A DNA stretch of 64,000 nucleotides from a virus. Taxonomy: Duplodnaviria > Heunggongvirae > Uroviricota > Caudoviricetes. The notes under the pieces are model-generated. The model saw only the letters and a list, made by a program, of their open reading frames with translations, was not told where the DNA came from and made no database searches. Positions 37,772-47,668 of this stretch are shown piece by piece (positions within the stretch are counted from its first letter, which is position 1; each line of letters opens with the position of its first letter). The stretch is from IMG/VR virus record IMGVR_UViG_3300033076_000726, positions 55,240-119,239 of that record. One strand, 5' to 3'. A program made the translations under genes and the position numbers.

Positions 37772-38053
37772 ATGCCAAAAGAAACATGTATCTTATGTGG
37801 TAAAGAAACACACGAAGAAATAACAACACACGTGGATTTTAGAACAGGTTATATTGACGGGATGGGACAACTTTGTATTGGTTGTTATAATAAATCCCAT
37901 TATCAAGGTTACGTTACTGATGATGAAATTAAACGAATCATGAAGAACAGAACCACATTGGTTACAATATCAGCTGAAGATATATTGAATACACCAAACG
38001 ACATGGAGTTGGGTGCCAAGGTTAGAAAACAATATTACGAAACAAACAAATAA
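37772..38053 (+). CDS. small zinc-ribbon protein
   Basis: CILCGKETHEE...CIGCYNKSH. Confidence 0.45.
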   Translation: MPKETCILCGKETHEEITTHVDFRTGYIDGMGQLCIGCYNKSHYQGYVTDDEIKRIMKNRTTLVTISAEDILNTPNDMELGAKVRKQYYETNK

Positions 38054-38054
38054 C

Positions 38055-38522
38055 ATGAACATTTTCTTTTTAGATTGGAGTCCTAAAAAATGTGCGGAAT
38101 ATCATAACGACAAACATGTGGTTAAAATGATATTAGAAACTGCCCAATTACTTTGTGGAGCACATTGGGCAACAGGTGGAGAAGCACCATATAAACTGTC
38201 ACATAAGAATCACCCGTGTTCTATATGGGTTAGAGAGGATTTACAGAACTACATTTGGTTGGTGGACTTAGGATTCAATTTATGTGAAGAGTACACATAT
38301 AGGTACGGAAAACGTCATAAAACTCAAGACATCATTGAATGGTGTGCATATCATAGACCAAATATTAAGGATAGGGAATTTACACCCCCAGCACTTGCAA
38401 TGCCTGAAGAATATAAGGTTTACGGAGATACAATTCAATCATATAGAAATTATTATATGGGTGATAAAAAAGAATTTTGTAAATGGAAGGGTAGAGTTAA
38501 TCCAGAATGGTTCCAAATGTAA
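38055..38522 (+). CDS. hypothetical protein
   Basis: ATG at 38055 (MNIFFLDW...); the track start 38013 overlaps the upstream gene. Confidence 0.5.
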   Translation: MNIFFLDWSPKKCAEYHNDKHVVKMILETAQLLCGAHWATGGEAPYKLSHKNHPCSIWVREDLQNYIWLVDLGFNLCEEYTYRYGKRHKTQDIIEWCAYHRPNIKDREFTPPALAMPEEYKVYGDTIQSYRNYYMGDKKEFCKWKGRVNPEWFQM

Positions 38523-38563
38523 TAATCCGAGTATTTATATACATATAAGAAATTTTAATTGAA

Positions 38564-39970
38564 ATGAAAGAAATATCAAAGAAGGACTTAGTATCTTTAG
38601 TAACCGAAAATCAATTCGATATTGACGAAATGGGTTACACCCCAAGATTCCAAACAACCAAAACTAAATCAGGTAGACTTGAAAGAGGTCAAGGTAAGAA
38701 AAAAATTGACCCTGTTACAGGTAAAGAAATTGAACCACAAGCATCAAGAGTTAAACCTTTAATTCACCCAACAATGAGTGTTGCAAAGAATGAAAAGGAA
38801 AAATATCCAATGGCTTATGTACTTAACACATCAAGAAAGTTGGGTGAAGGTACTATTGTTGTTGCGGTTGGAGAATCAACTGAAGAAGAGCTAATGAACA
38901 ATAAAGAATTTACCGATTGGTTTGAGGATGTTGTTGTTCCTTTGGTTGGTGTTTTGACTCCTGAAAAGGGAACAATTCACTTTGTTGATTTTATTGCAAC
39001 GGGACATCAAAAAGCATATCCTGAATATCTACAAAAACCAAGTAGTGAAGAATTTAGAAACGCATTTGCTGAAAAAACTGGTGTGGATTTAAATCTCGGT
39101 ATTGGTACAAAAGACTTAACACCAAAGACATATTATTTACTTGCACTTCGTAAACCGATGGAAGAGTTTATGAGTAATGTTCAAGAAAATTTATATTTAT
39201 CAGGATTCCCACCGATTAACTATCCAACACAGGACCCAGGACATCAAAAAAGAGGGTTTAATCAGTATTCAAAAATTGATAACAACAGTGCATTAGTTCA
39301 AAGTCACTCAGTTTACACATATGACAACTATCCTGAATTCATGAAATCAGCATTAGGATTGATTAAGTTAAATAATCTACCTGATGGTGAAGAAAAGAAT
39401 ATCGAAATTAGTGACGCAGAATACCAAGCAAGACAATACAATGCTGGTGTTAACTGGAGTGTTGAAAGAAAACAAATAAAAACAAGTTCTGATTTTAAAA
39501 GAGACCCACTTACTCGAGTTTATAAATTAGATAGACGAGGTATGAAGGCTGAAGAGAAGGACTACGTTACAATGACATCATTTGAATTGAAGAGTGAAAC
39601 CGTTAACAATGGACAAATTGAATTCACAGGTGAAGTTAGTGTTGAAATTAGTGAAAAATTAAGAGAAGAATCATTAAGAGGTGGTGGTAATTTGAAACCT
39701 GTTGTTACTTTTAGAGCAAACGCAGCAACAAATTATTCAGAACCAATTCAATTCGACCCAAAAAGAAGTATTTTGGACAACCCAAAAGTTATGAGAACAT
39801 TGAAAGTGGTGTTTGATGATTTGGCAAGTCAAATTGCAGCATATTCTAAGAATGAAGCGATGCTTCAATTGAAGGAAAGAGTATTCAAAACAAAAGACCA
39901 AGTAACTCGTTTGAAAATGAATGAAAATGAAATCATAGATTTGGTTAAAACAGTTATTAAAAATAAGTAA
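38564..39970 (+). CDS. large hypothetical protein (possibly structural)
   Basis: 468-aa ORF followed by a strong terminator. Confidence 0.6.
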   Translation: MKEISKKDLVSLVTENQFDIDEMGYTPRFQTTKTKSGRLERGQGKKKIDPVTGKEIEPQASRVKPLIHPTMSVAKNEKEKYPMAYVLNTSRKLGEGTIVVAVGESTEEELMNNKEFTDWFEDVVVPLVGVLTPEKGTIHFVDFIATGHQKAYPEYLQKPSSEEFRNAFAEKTGVDLNLGIGTKDLTPKTYYLLALRKPMEEFMSNVQENLYLSGFPPINYPTQDPGHQKRGFNQYSKIDNNSALVQSHSVYTYDNYPEFMKSALGLIKLNNLPDGEEKNIEISDAEYQARQYNAGVNWSVERKQIKTSSDFKRDPLTRVYKLDRRGMKAEEKDYVTMTSFELKSETVNNGQIEFTGEVSVEISEKLREESLRGGGNLKPVVTFRANAATNYSEPIQFDPKRSILDNPKVMRTLKVVFDDLASQIAAYSKNEAMLQLKERVFKTKDQVTRLKMNENEIIDLVKTVIKNK

Positions 39971-40022
39971 ACCTCTCCTGGTAAGTAACCACGGACTGAC
40001 TCAAGTTGAGTTTTGTTACAAT

Positions 40023-40049
40023 CCCCACAGAAATGTGGGGATTTTTTTT
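40023..40049 (+). terminator. rho-independent terminator
   Basis: ccccaca-gaaa-tgtgggg then a and 8 T. Confidence 0.55.
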
Positions 40050-40108
40050 ATGATATATTTTAGAATATCCAAAATATATGTTACATTTGTGTATTAACTC
40101 ACAACATA

Positions 40109-40612
40109 ATGGGAACAAACTATTACAGAATACCGACACACGAGGAAATGGTTACTCGTAAAATGGAATTATTAGGTCATGTAAATGGTCTAGATTTAAC
40201 ACCAGGAAACATTGAAGGTGGTTTTAGAACCATTAGCCCTACTAAAAATTGGGAATGGTTTTCACCGTGGGAAATGTTCTTAATGGATACCAGTATTCAT
40301 TTGGGGAAAAGAAGTAGTGGATGGAAGTTCTGTTGGAATTTTCACAATAACAAATACTATTCAGACAAAGAAAGTTTATTTGAATTCATTCGTTCAGGTA
40401 GAGTTGTTGATGAATATGGTGAAGAACAAGATGTTGAAGAATTCATTACAATGGCGTTGGAATGGGGTGAACCGAATGGTTTGGTTGTAAACGAAGAATA
40501 TCGTAGAAAAGAAAGAACCAAAGGACACGGTTCATTCTGGTTGGATAATGAAAAGTACGATGATTTAATAATCGATGGGCTTCGAGTGAGCTCATCAACA
40601 GATTTTTGTTAA
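40109..40612 (+). CDS. hypothetical protein
   Basis: 167-aa ORF. Confidence 0.55.
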   Translation: MGTNYYRIPTHEEMVTRKMELLGHVNGLDLTPGNIEGGFRTISPTKNWEWFSPWEMFLMDTSIHLGKRSSGWKFCWNFHNNKYYSDKESLFEFIRSGRVVDEYGEEQDVEEFITMALEWGEPNGLVVNEEYRRKERTKGHGSFWLDNEKYDDLIIDGLRVSSSTDFC

Positions 40613-40645
40613 TATAAAAAAACTAATTATAAAAATAATATTTTA

Positions 40646-42793
40646 ATGGCAGAACTTTACAATTACAGAAAGGAAGAATCTAAACCAAGACCAATGGATT
40701 TCAATGCTGAGGATAAACACCTCGACATGATGAGAGCCATTGCACCTTTCGCAAAAGCTAAGGTTCAAGAAAACGTCACAGACGTTGAGATTATACCGAG
40801 TACCAAAAATACAAAATTAGCACTTGTGTTAATGCCCGAGTGGTCACCTAACTTTCCGCCATTTAGTATTGCTCGTTTATCTGCCGTTTCAAGAAAGGCC
40901 GGTTATAATACTAAGTGTTTCGATTTTAATGTTAAAGTACATAATGAATCTCGTAAATGGTTATTGGAAAATAAAATTGACTTTGACCCCTTTGATGGTG
41001 CTCGTGAATGGAAATGGAATCCACCACATTACTACGAAGAAATTCACCAACATACGGAACCATTATTTAAAGAGTACCTAAAAGATATTATGGCATTTGA
41101 CCCTGATGTTGTTGGGTTTACATTATATTATTGTAATGAACAACCGGTTAAGTGGATGATGACCGAGTTAAAGAAACTAAAACCATCAATAAAAATATTA
41201 TTAGGGGGACCACACGTTGCGTTGAGACAATATCAATTCTTAGACCCTAATGATTATCCACAAGGTGTAATTGATTATGCGGTTAATGGTGAAGGTGAAA
41301 TGATTTTGTTACAAATATTAAATGAAATAGAAAAGGGTGTGGTTCATCCAACGATGCAATATTTGGCACAACCTGAAAACCAAAGATTAAATTTAAATAA
41401 TCTACCATTACCTGATTATTCAACATTTGATTTTAATGAGTATGTTTATCCAAACGGAGTTAACACAGAATTCAGTAGAGGTTGTATTGCTAAATGTTCT
41501 TTCTGTGAAGAAACACATTTTTGGAAGTATAGACAAAGACAGGCGGTTGATGCGATAACGGAAATCGAATGGTTATATTATAACAAAGGTACCGATGTTA
41601 TTTGGTTCATTGATAGTTTAGTTAATGGTAACTTAAATGAATTAAGAGCATTTTGTAAAGGTGTTGTTGCAAAGGGAATGAAGATACATTGGACGGGTTA
41701 TGCTAGACATGATGGTCGAATGGATTTAGAATATTATAAAGACTTGAAGGCGGGTGGTTGTGAGATGTTGAGTTATGGTTGTGAATCTGGTAGTCAGAAA
41801 GTACTTAACGATATGTTAAAAGGAGTTACCATTCAAGAAATGGAAGATAACTTGGCATCGGGTAAAGTTGTTGGTGTTGGTGGATTGACGAACTGGATTG
41901 TAGGTTTCCCAACTGAAGACTATGAAGACTTTGGACACACGATGAGTTTCATTTGGAGAAATAGAAACACAAGTATATTAACAATTGCGGCTGGTTTTGG
42001 TTTTGGATTAGGTGTTAATACGGTTGCCGGACAAAACATTGAACGTTTCAATATATCACCATTCTTTTACTTAGGTAGTTGGATGAGAGATGATTATAAA
42101 TTATCTAAGATACATGTTTTGAATAGAGTAAAATCATTTGCGATATTCTTACAAAATATGAAAAGTGAAGAACCGATTAGTGTACCGTGGAGACCTAACT
42201 TACCTGAGTTTCATTACACACTAACATTTGACAATCCCGATAAACTAATTGAGATTGATTATGAAACTGGTTTTGATTACAATATCATTAAACCTAACAT
42301 TAGTAATTTCGCAGATAGTTTAGTTAACGAAATGTTTGTTCTGTTTAGATTATTTTGGAGAACAAGGGGTGGATTTGAGATTCATTTAAAATATGATGAG
42401 GAGTTGGATATGATTGAATTTGGTGCTAGAAATGCTGGACCATATTGGGCTGACCATCATTTTAAGATAGATGATGAAGGTAAGTGGACATATAAATGTA
42501 AACATAAATTTACACAACCGGCATATGACCCTGTTGAAAGAATTCCATTTAGATTAGAAGACTATTCATATACTAAATTAAATGCATCGACAAGAGCAAG
42601 AAAAATTGCAAAACCAAGATGGGGTGAAGAAGGTAGACCTGACCCCGAATTTAAACAACTAGAAATACAACTATTTCACATGAATAGTAATGTTGATTTT
42701 AGTTTTGAATATGAGTGGGAAGGTTCGGGAGATTGGTCAAATAAACCAGTCGAAGAAATTACCCCATTACCAAATAAAAAGACATTGATATGA
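40646..42793 (+). CDS. B12-binding (class B) radical SAM enzyme with long C-terminal extension
   Basis: N-terminal B12-binding-like LALVLMPEW...DVVGFTLYY...KILLGGPH; radical SAM FSRGCIAKCSFCEE (CxxxCxxC). Confidence 0.8.
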   Translation: MAELYNYRKEESKPRPMDFNAEDKHLDMMRAIAPFAKAKVQENVTDVEIIPSTKNTKLALVLMPEWSPNFPPFSIARLSAVSRKAGYNTKCFDFNVKVHNESRKWLLENKIDFDPFDGAREWKWNPPHYYEEIHQHTEPLFKEYLKDIMAFDPDVVGFTLYYCNEQPVKWMMTELKKLKPSIKILLGGPHVALRQYQFLDPNDYPQGVIDYAVNGEGEMILLQILNEIEKGVVHPTMQYLAQPENQRLNLNNLPLPDYSTFDFNEYVYPNGVNTEFSRGCIAKCSFCEETHFWKYRQRQAVDAITEIEWLYYNKGTDVIWFIDSLVNGNLNELRAFCKGVVAKGMKIHWTGYARHDGRMDLEYYKDLKAGGCEMLSYGCESGSQKVLNDMLKGVTIQEMEDNLASGKVVGVGGLTNWIVGFPTEDYEDFGHTMSFIWRNRNTSILTIAAGFGFGLGVNTVAGQNIERFNISPFFYLGSWMRDDYKLSKIHVLNRVKSFAIFLQNMKSEEPISVPWRPNLPEFHYTLTFDNPDKLIEIDYETGFDYNIIKPNISNFADSLVNEMFVLFRLFWRTRGGFEIHLKYDEELDMIEFGARNAGPYWADHHFKIDDEGKWTYKCKHKFTQPAYDPVERIPFRLEDYSYTKLNASTRARKIAKPRWGEEGRPDPEFKQLEIQLFHMNSNVDFSFEYEWEGSGDWSNKPVEEITPLPNKKTLI

Positions 42794-43443
42794 TAAAGAT
42801 AGATGATAATATAAGAGTGTGGATAACATCTGACACTCATTACGCCCACAAAAATATATGTCGTGGTGTAACTAATTGGAGATTACCTAATGGTGATATT
42901 CCTGAAAAACAAACACGACCTTTTGAGACAATTGAAAAGATGAATTCAGCAATTGTTAATAACATTAACGAAGTTGTTGGACAAGATGATATTCTAATTC
43001 ACTTAGGTGATTGGAGTTTTGGTGGATTTGAAAACATTGAAGAATTCCATAACAGATTGATTTGTAAGAACATACATTTGATTCTGGGTAATCATGACCA
43101 TCACATTGATAGAAATAGAGGGGATGTTAAAAAACTTTTTATGAGTGTGAGTTGGTTTGACCAATTTGAATATCAAGGAGAAACAATCGAGATGTGTCAT
43201 TACCCAATATCAAGTTGGAACGGACTTCGTAAAGGACGTATACATTTACATGGACATTGCCATTTACCTTTCGATAAAAAGATTAGTAATGGTCGTCGTA
43301 TGGATGTTGGTATGGATGGTAGTTTAGAATTTGCACCATATGATTTAAAAGATGTAATTAAAGCACTCAAAAGACATCAAATAGGTTCTGAATTGGGTAC
43401 TGATGACCATCATATGGATGATATTGTTGGAATTGTTGGATAA
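42790..43443 (+). CDS. calcineurin-like metallophosphoesterase
   Basis: ITSDTHYAH, LGDWSFGG, GNHDHH, HLHGHCH metal-binding motifs. Confidence 0.8.
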   Translation: MIKIDDNIRVWITSDTHYAHKNICRGVTNWRLPNGDIPEKQTRPFETIEKMNSAIVNNINEVVGQDDILIHLGDWSFGGFENIEEFHNRLICKNIHLILGNHDHHIDRNRGDVKKLFMSVSWFDQFEYQGETIEMCHYPISSWNGLRKGRIHLHGHCHLPFDKKISNGRRMDVGMDGSLEFAPYDLKDVIKALKRHQIGSELGTDDHHMDDIVGIVG

Positions 43444-43494
43444 AATTTTTTTATATCAAATATATTTCTTATTATTGAATAAACACATAAGTTT

Positions 43495-43845
43495 ATGGAA
43501 AAGGAACAATTAAAGCAAGAAATTATTGACACCTTTAAAAAGTTGTCATCATTAGAAAAACAATTCAAGGAATTGTATGAAGATGAAGAAGTTGGGTTAG
43601 ACACAAAAGACGAATTAGTTACTGATGTTAATTATGTTTTTGTACATAATGATTTTCCTGATGTTACAAGACAAAACGAACAATGGGTTGGTTTAGCGTT
43701 AGAAACAACTACAGGTCTTAAGTTTCATTTTAATTTCCATGATACCGATAATGTTGAAGAAGTTATTCTTGGGATGCAAGAGATGAGAGATTTTGTTGAA
43801 GATAAAAATGAGAATTGGGAACCAGAAGATTTAGAAGAAGATTAA
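43495..43845 (+). CDS. hypothetical acidic protein
   Basis: 116-aa ORF. Confidence 0.5.
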   Translation: MEKEQLKQEIIDTFKKLSSLEKQFKELYEDEEVGLDTKDELVTDVNYVFVHNDFPDVTRQNEQWVGLALETTTGLKFHFNFHDTDNVEEVILGMQEMRDFVEDKNENWEPEDLEED

Positions 43846-43855
43846 ATTTAAAAAT

Positions 43856-44293
43856 ATGAATATCAAACAAGCACTTAAAAAGAAAAACAAACTCGTAGGT
43901 TTAATCAACGAAGAGTTTTATAAAGCATCACACTATAATGTTGTTGATGAAGGCAATCCACGTCCATATTCGGCGACAGAATCTATTGGAAAGTGGATGC
44001 AATTAACAAACGATTTAATCGTTTTGAAAACACAAATTCATAAAGCTAACTTACCGGTTTATGATAAGATTTTTGAATTATCAGAATTAAAAAATCAAGT
44101 GAAACATTTGAAAACGCTTAACTGTGCATCCGGTAAAGTTAATGGTGGAAGATGGGGTGAAGGTGAACCAGTAATTAAACACGCAGAAATTAACATTGTT
44201 GAAAAAGATAGTATGGTTAAAAACTTGGAGGCGAGAATCGAAACCTTACAAGATGAATTAGACCAATGGAATCATAACACAACAATCGATTAA
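43856..44293 (+). CDS. hypothetical protein
   Basis: 145-aa ORF. Confidence 0.5.
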   Translation: MNIKQALKKKNKLVGLINEEFYKASHYNVVDEGNPRPYSATESIGKWMQLTNDLIVLKTQIHKANLPVYDKIFELSELKNQVKHLKTLNCASGKVNGGRWGEGEPVIKHAEINIVEKDSMVKNLEARIETLQDELDQWNHNTTID

Positions 44294-44510
44294 AAATATT
44301 GGTTGGGGGACGAGGGAAAATTATTTAAATCAATATGAATGGTCACAAACCATTTGACATATTCAATCTGCTAAAGTCTGATAACTTGATGATGTTTATG
44401 AACTCAAAAATTAAAAATCAACAAGTCAACAGTTAACCGTCAAACTTTAAAACTCTTTTAAGATTTATTTAATTGGAACTTTGAACCCAACCATCCTTAA
44501 AACTCACACC

Positions 44511-44861
44511 ATGAAAGAAACATTAAAAAAAACATTTAACCCAAAAATATTGTCAGTAGTTGGGGTTGTACTCGGAATTATTTTGATTTTTGAATTCATA
44601 GTATTTCCAGGATTAACCGCTTCAGATACAATATTAAACATTATTTCATTATTACTCGGCGGATTCTCAATTCTTTTCGCTTTCCATTTTATTCAATGGA
44701 AAAATCTATTTGATTTTTTATCAGAAGAGGATGAAAAACCAATTCCACCGGGAGAAACAGAACTCGATTATCTACCCAAAGAAGAGGTGATTAAAAAGAA
44801 AAGAGCGACTAAAAAGAAACCAGAACCACATGTAGTTCATCCAAAAGTAAAAAGAAAATAA
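44511..44861 (+). CDS. membrane protein with Lys-rich tail
   Basis: ATG at 44511 (the track start is TTG); two TM helices then KKKRATKKKPEPHVVHPKVKRK. Confidence 0.45.
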   Translation: MKETLKKTFNPKILSVVGVVLGIILIFEFIVFPGLTASDTILNIISLLLGGFSILFAFHFIQWKNLFDFLSEEDEKPIPPGETELDYLPKEEVIKKKRATKKKPEPHVVHPKVKRK

Positions 44862-44862
44862 T

Positions 44863-45348
44863 ATGGAATATAACATAATTGAAGGGGATTTAATTGAATT
44901 GGCAAAGAATAAACAATTCGATGTTATAACACACGGTTGTAATTGTTTCAATGCAATGGCTGGAGGATTAGCACCACAAATGGCTAGAGCGTTTGGTTGT
45001 GATAGATTCTTTCTTGAAAGTAAAAGGTTCGAAGGAATGAAAGAAAAGTTGGGTAAAATTGATTGGGAATATAATACCAAATATAGATTGTTTGTTGTTA
45101 ATTCCTATACACAATATAGACCAGGACCGGATTTCAGACTAAATGCACTTAAATCGTGTTTAAAAAGTATGAATAGAATATTTGCGGGTAAACATATTGG
45201 ACTACCAAAGATTGGTGCGGGTATTGGTGGTGGTGATTGGGGTGCGATTGAATCTGCAATAAAAAGTAATTTAAGAAATTGTGATGTGACAGTTGTTACA
45301 TTTACACCAACACCATTAACAACCACATCACCTATTTTAACAAAATAA
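44863..45348 (+). CDS. macro domain protein (TARG1/OARD1/DarG-macro-like)
   Basis: DVITHGCNCFNAMAGGLAPQMARAFG resembles the HC(I/N)...MGxGIA...F segment of TARG1-type macro domains. Confidence 0.65.
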   Translation: MEYNIIEGDLIELAKNKQFDVITHGCNCFNAMAGGLAPQMARAFGCDRFFLESKRFEGMKEKLGKIDWEYNTKYRLFVVNSYTQYRPGPDFRLNALKSCLKSMNRIFAGKHIGLPKIGAGIGGGDWGAIESAIKSNLRNCDVTVVTFTPTPLTTTSPILTK

Positions 45349-45349
45349 T

Positions 45350-45706
45350 ATGGAAATTTTATTAGTATTAACAATTCTATTATTGATTTTAGAAGTTTCT
45401 ACCATTGCAACATATGGTTGGTACATTAAAGATGATGTTGTGTTTGATTATCTATATGAATTTGAACCGTTTGAAAAAAATCCATTTGATAATAAAATAC
45501 TGGGACCGGTTCTTAATGTTGATGGGGATATAAAAAAAATGATTCATAGAGCAAAAAATGGTAAATATATTTCACACACACCGTTTTCACCTTTAAGTAA
45601 GTACCATATTTCAGGTAAGGGACCAATTTTAAGATGGACAGAGGCACATAAAGTAATTAACAATTTGTATAAAACAACTAAAACAAAACAATATGGCGAA
45701 ATTTGA
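45350..45706 (+). CDS. hypothetical protein with N-terminal TM
   Basis: 118 aa; overlaps the SPFH gene start. Confidence 0.5.
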   Translation: MEILLVLTILLLILEVSTIATYGWYIKDDVVFDYLYEFEPFEKNPFDNKILGPVLNVDGDIKKMIHRAKNGKYISHTPFSPLSKYHISGKGPILRWTEAHKVINNLYKTTKTKQYGEI

Positions 45707-46637
45707 TAGATACAATAACCGATGGGATAATCGAGGTAATCGTAGGTCCGAGGAAGAATTGGACCTAATGGAAGAAGAATTTAATAACGAACAAACAATT
45801 AAAATTAAAAAAACAATGAAAACAATTGTAACAGGTGTGGTGGGATTTTTCCTAATTATTTTTCTTTTCTTTTCATGTGAAAGAATTGATGCTGGACACG
45901 TTGGTGTAAAGGTAAACTTATATGGTGATAATAAAGGTGTAAGTGATGTAACTGAAGTTACTGGTATGGTATTCTTTAATCCAATCACTCACAACATTTA
46001 TGAATTCCCAACATTTATTCAACACAAAGAATATACTGGCGACAATTCATTCATCGTAAACAGTAGAGACGGTAGTGAGTTCCACGTATCTCCAATCATC
46101 AACTACTCAGTACAAAGAGAAAAGGTACCACAAATCTTTGCTAAGTATCGTAGAAGTTTAGAACAGATTGAAGAAGGGTTCTTAAAGACCGCAGTATTCG
46201 ACGCGTTTAGATTAGCAACAAACAAATATACCGCAGATGAATTGATTAGTAATCGAGCTCAATTTGAGATTGAAGTTCGTAAGTTATTGGAAGGTCAATT
46301 GTTACATGAAGGGTTTGTTGTAAATCAATTTACATCTAATCTATTATATCCTGAATCATTTAAGAACGCAATAAACGCCAAGAACAATGCGGTTCAAGCT
46401 GCTTTGATGGCAGAGAATAAAGTTAAACAAGCTGAAGCTGAAGCTAAGATTAAAGTGGCAACCGCTGAAGGTAACGCTCAGGCGATGTTAACAACCGCTA
46501 AGGCTGAGTCTGAAGCAAACAGAATGAAACAATCTACTTTGAATTCATTATTGTTACAACAATTGTGGATTGAAAAATGGGACGGAAAGTTACCGGTTTA
46601 CGGTCAAACCCCACAATTATTTAAAGGAGTTAACTAG
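45693..46637 (+). CDS. SPFH/band-7 (prohibitin/flotillin-like) membrane protein
   Basis: N-terminal TM, then IDAGHVGVKVNLYG SPFH core and a C-terminal Ala/Glu-rich coiled coil. Confidence 0.8.
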   Translation: MAKFDRYNNRWDNRGNRRSEEELDLMEEEFNNEQTIKIKKTMKTIVTGVVGFFLIIFLFFSCERIDAGHVGVKVNLYGDNKGVSDVTEVTGMVFFNPITHNIYEFPTFIQHKEYTGDNSFIVNSRDGSEFHVSPIINYSVQREKVPQIFAKYRRSLEQIEEGFLKTAVFDAFRLATNKYTADELISNRAQFEIEVRKLLEGQLLHEGFVVNQFTSNLLYPESFKNAINAKNNAVQAALMAENKVKQAEAEAKIKVATAEGNAQAMLTTAKAESEANRMKQSTLNSLLLQQLWIEKWDGKLPVYGQTPQLFKGVN

Positions 46638-46648
46638 TAGTTCATAAA

Positions 46649-46680
46649 CCCCGATTAGGACATTCCCATCGGGGTTTTTT
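46649..46680 (+). terminator. rho-independent terminator
   Basis: ccccgat-(12 nt)-atcgggg then tttttt. Confidence 0.55.
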
Positions 46681-46831
46681 CTATTCTTTTGTTATATTTA
46701 TTTACATGACAAAAGCAGAAAAAAAGAAGAAGAATAGAATCAAAATGGGTAAAGAAACCCGTAAGATGAATCAAAAGAAGGGACTTCATAAGAAAAAAAC
46801 CTAATAATCAGTATTTATATATAAAAAAGAC

Positions 46832-47095
46832 ATGTCAAAAATAGTAAAATTAAAACAAGAAGATATTGAAAAGATAGTTAACAATATCGTTAACGAACAA
46901 GTTGATGAGGAAACACACGAACTTGATGAACAACCTCAGGACGATAAAATACAGATTTTTTTAGGGAAAGATGAGAATGGAGTAATCTATGTTATCAACT
47001 CTAAAACTGGAGATATCCTTGGAAGAAAGGATATGAGTGGTAAGATTTCCGGTTTGGAAAGTGGTTCCGAAGAATTAGGAATGGCAGCTGAGTAA
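46832..47095 (+). CDS. hypothetical acidic protein
   Basis: 87-aa ORF between two terminators. Confidence 0.5.
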   Translation: MSKIVKLKQEDIEKIVNNIVNEQVDEETHELDEQPQDDKIQIFLGKDENGVIYVINSKTGDILGRKDMSGKISGLESGSEELGMAAE

Positions 47096-47118
47096 CACCA
47101 ATATATTATAAACAAAAA

Positions 47119-47141
47119 CCCTCAATTTTGAGGGTTTTTTT
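47119..47141 (+). terminator. rho-independent terminator
   Basis: ccctca-attt-tgaggg then ttttttt. Confidence 0.55.
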
Positions 47142-47187
47142 ATGCCCATTTTTTGTTAAAACGAAAAAAATTACTTATATTTAAAAT

Positions 47188-47658
47188 ATGAACACAAAAT
47201 ACAAAATCTATTGTGACATGGACGGAGTTCTTGTCGACTTTGATAAAGGTTACTTTGAATTAACAGGTCACCAACTTGATGGTACACATCGTAATGACGA
47301 AAATTTTTGGGACCCGATAAACAAAGCGGGTTATGACTTTTGGGCAAACTTAAAATGGATGTCAGATGGTAAAAGATTGTGGAATTATATAAAAAAATAT
47401 AATCCTGAAATATTATCCGCACCATCAAGACAACCAGAATCGAGAGTGGCTAAACACGACTGGATTAACAAAGAATTACCAGGTGTTCATTTAATACTTC
47501 GTAGTGCTAAACATAAGAAAGATTTTGCAACCCCCACATCAATTTTGATTGACGATAGAATTGACAACATTCAAGGATGGAGAGATGCGGGTGGAATCGG
47601 TATTCATCATGTTAGTGCAAAACACACAATTGACCAACTAAAAGTTTTAGACTTATAA
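47188..47658 (+). CDS. 5'(3')-deoxyribonucleotidase (HAD, NT5C family)
   Basis: KIYCDMDGVLVDF (motif I) matches the NT5C-family start. Confidence 0.75.
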   Translation: MNTKYKIYCDMDGVLVDFDKGYFELTGHQLDGTHRNDENFWDPINKAGYDFWANLKWMSDGKRLWNYIKKYNPEILSAPSRQPESRVAKHDWINKELPGVHLILRSAKHKKDFATPTSILIDDRIDNIQGWRDAGGIGIHHVSAKHTIDQLKVLDL

Positions 47659-47668
47659 ATCATATATT

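Noticed and set aside
40869-41081. 70-aa ORF nested in the B12-radical SAM gene
   Set aside because: It is an alternative frame inside a well-supported long CDS.
44294-44480. 33-aa ORF (MNGHKPFDIFNLLKSDNLMMF...) in the intergenic gap before 44511
   Set aside because: It is too short, with no conservation cue. It is listed only for completeness.
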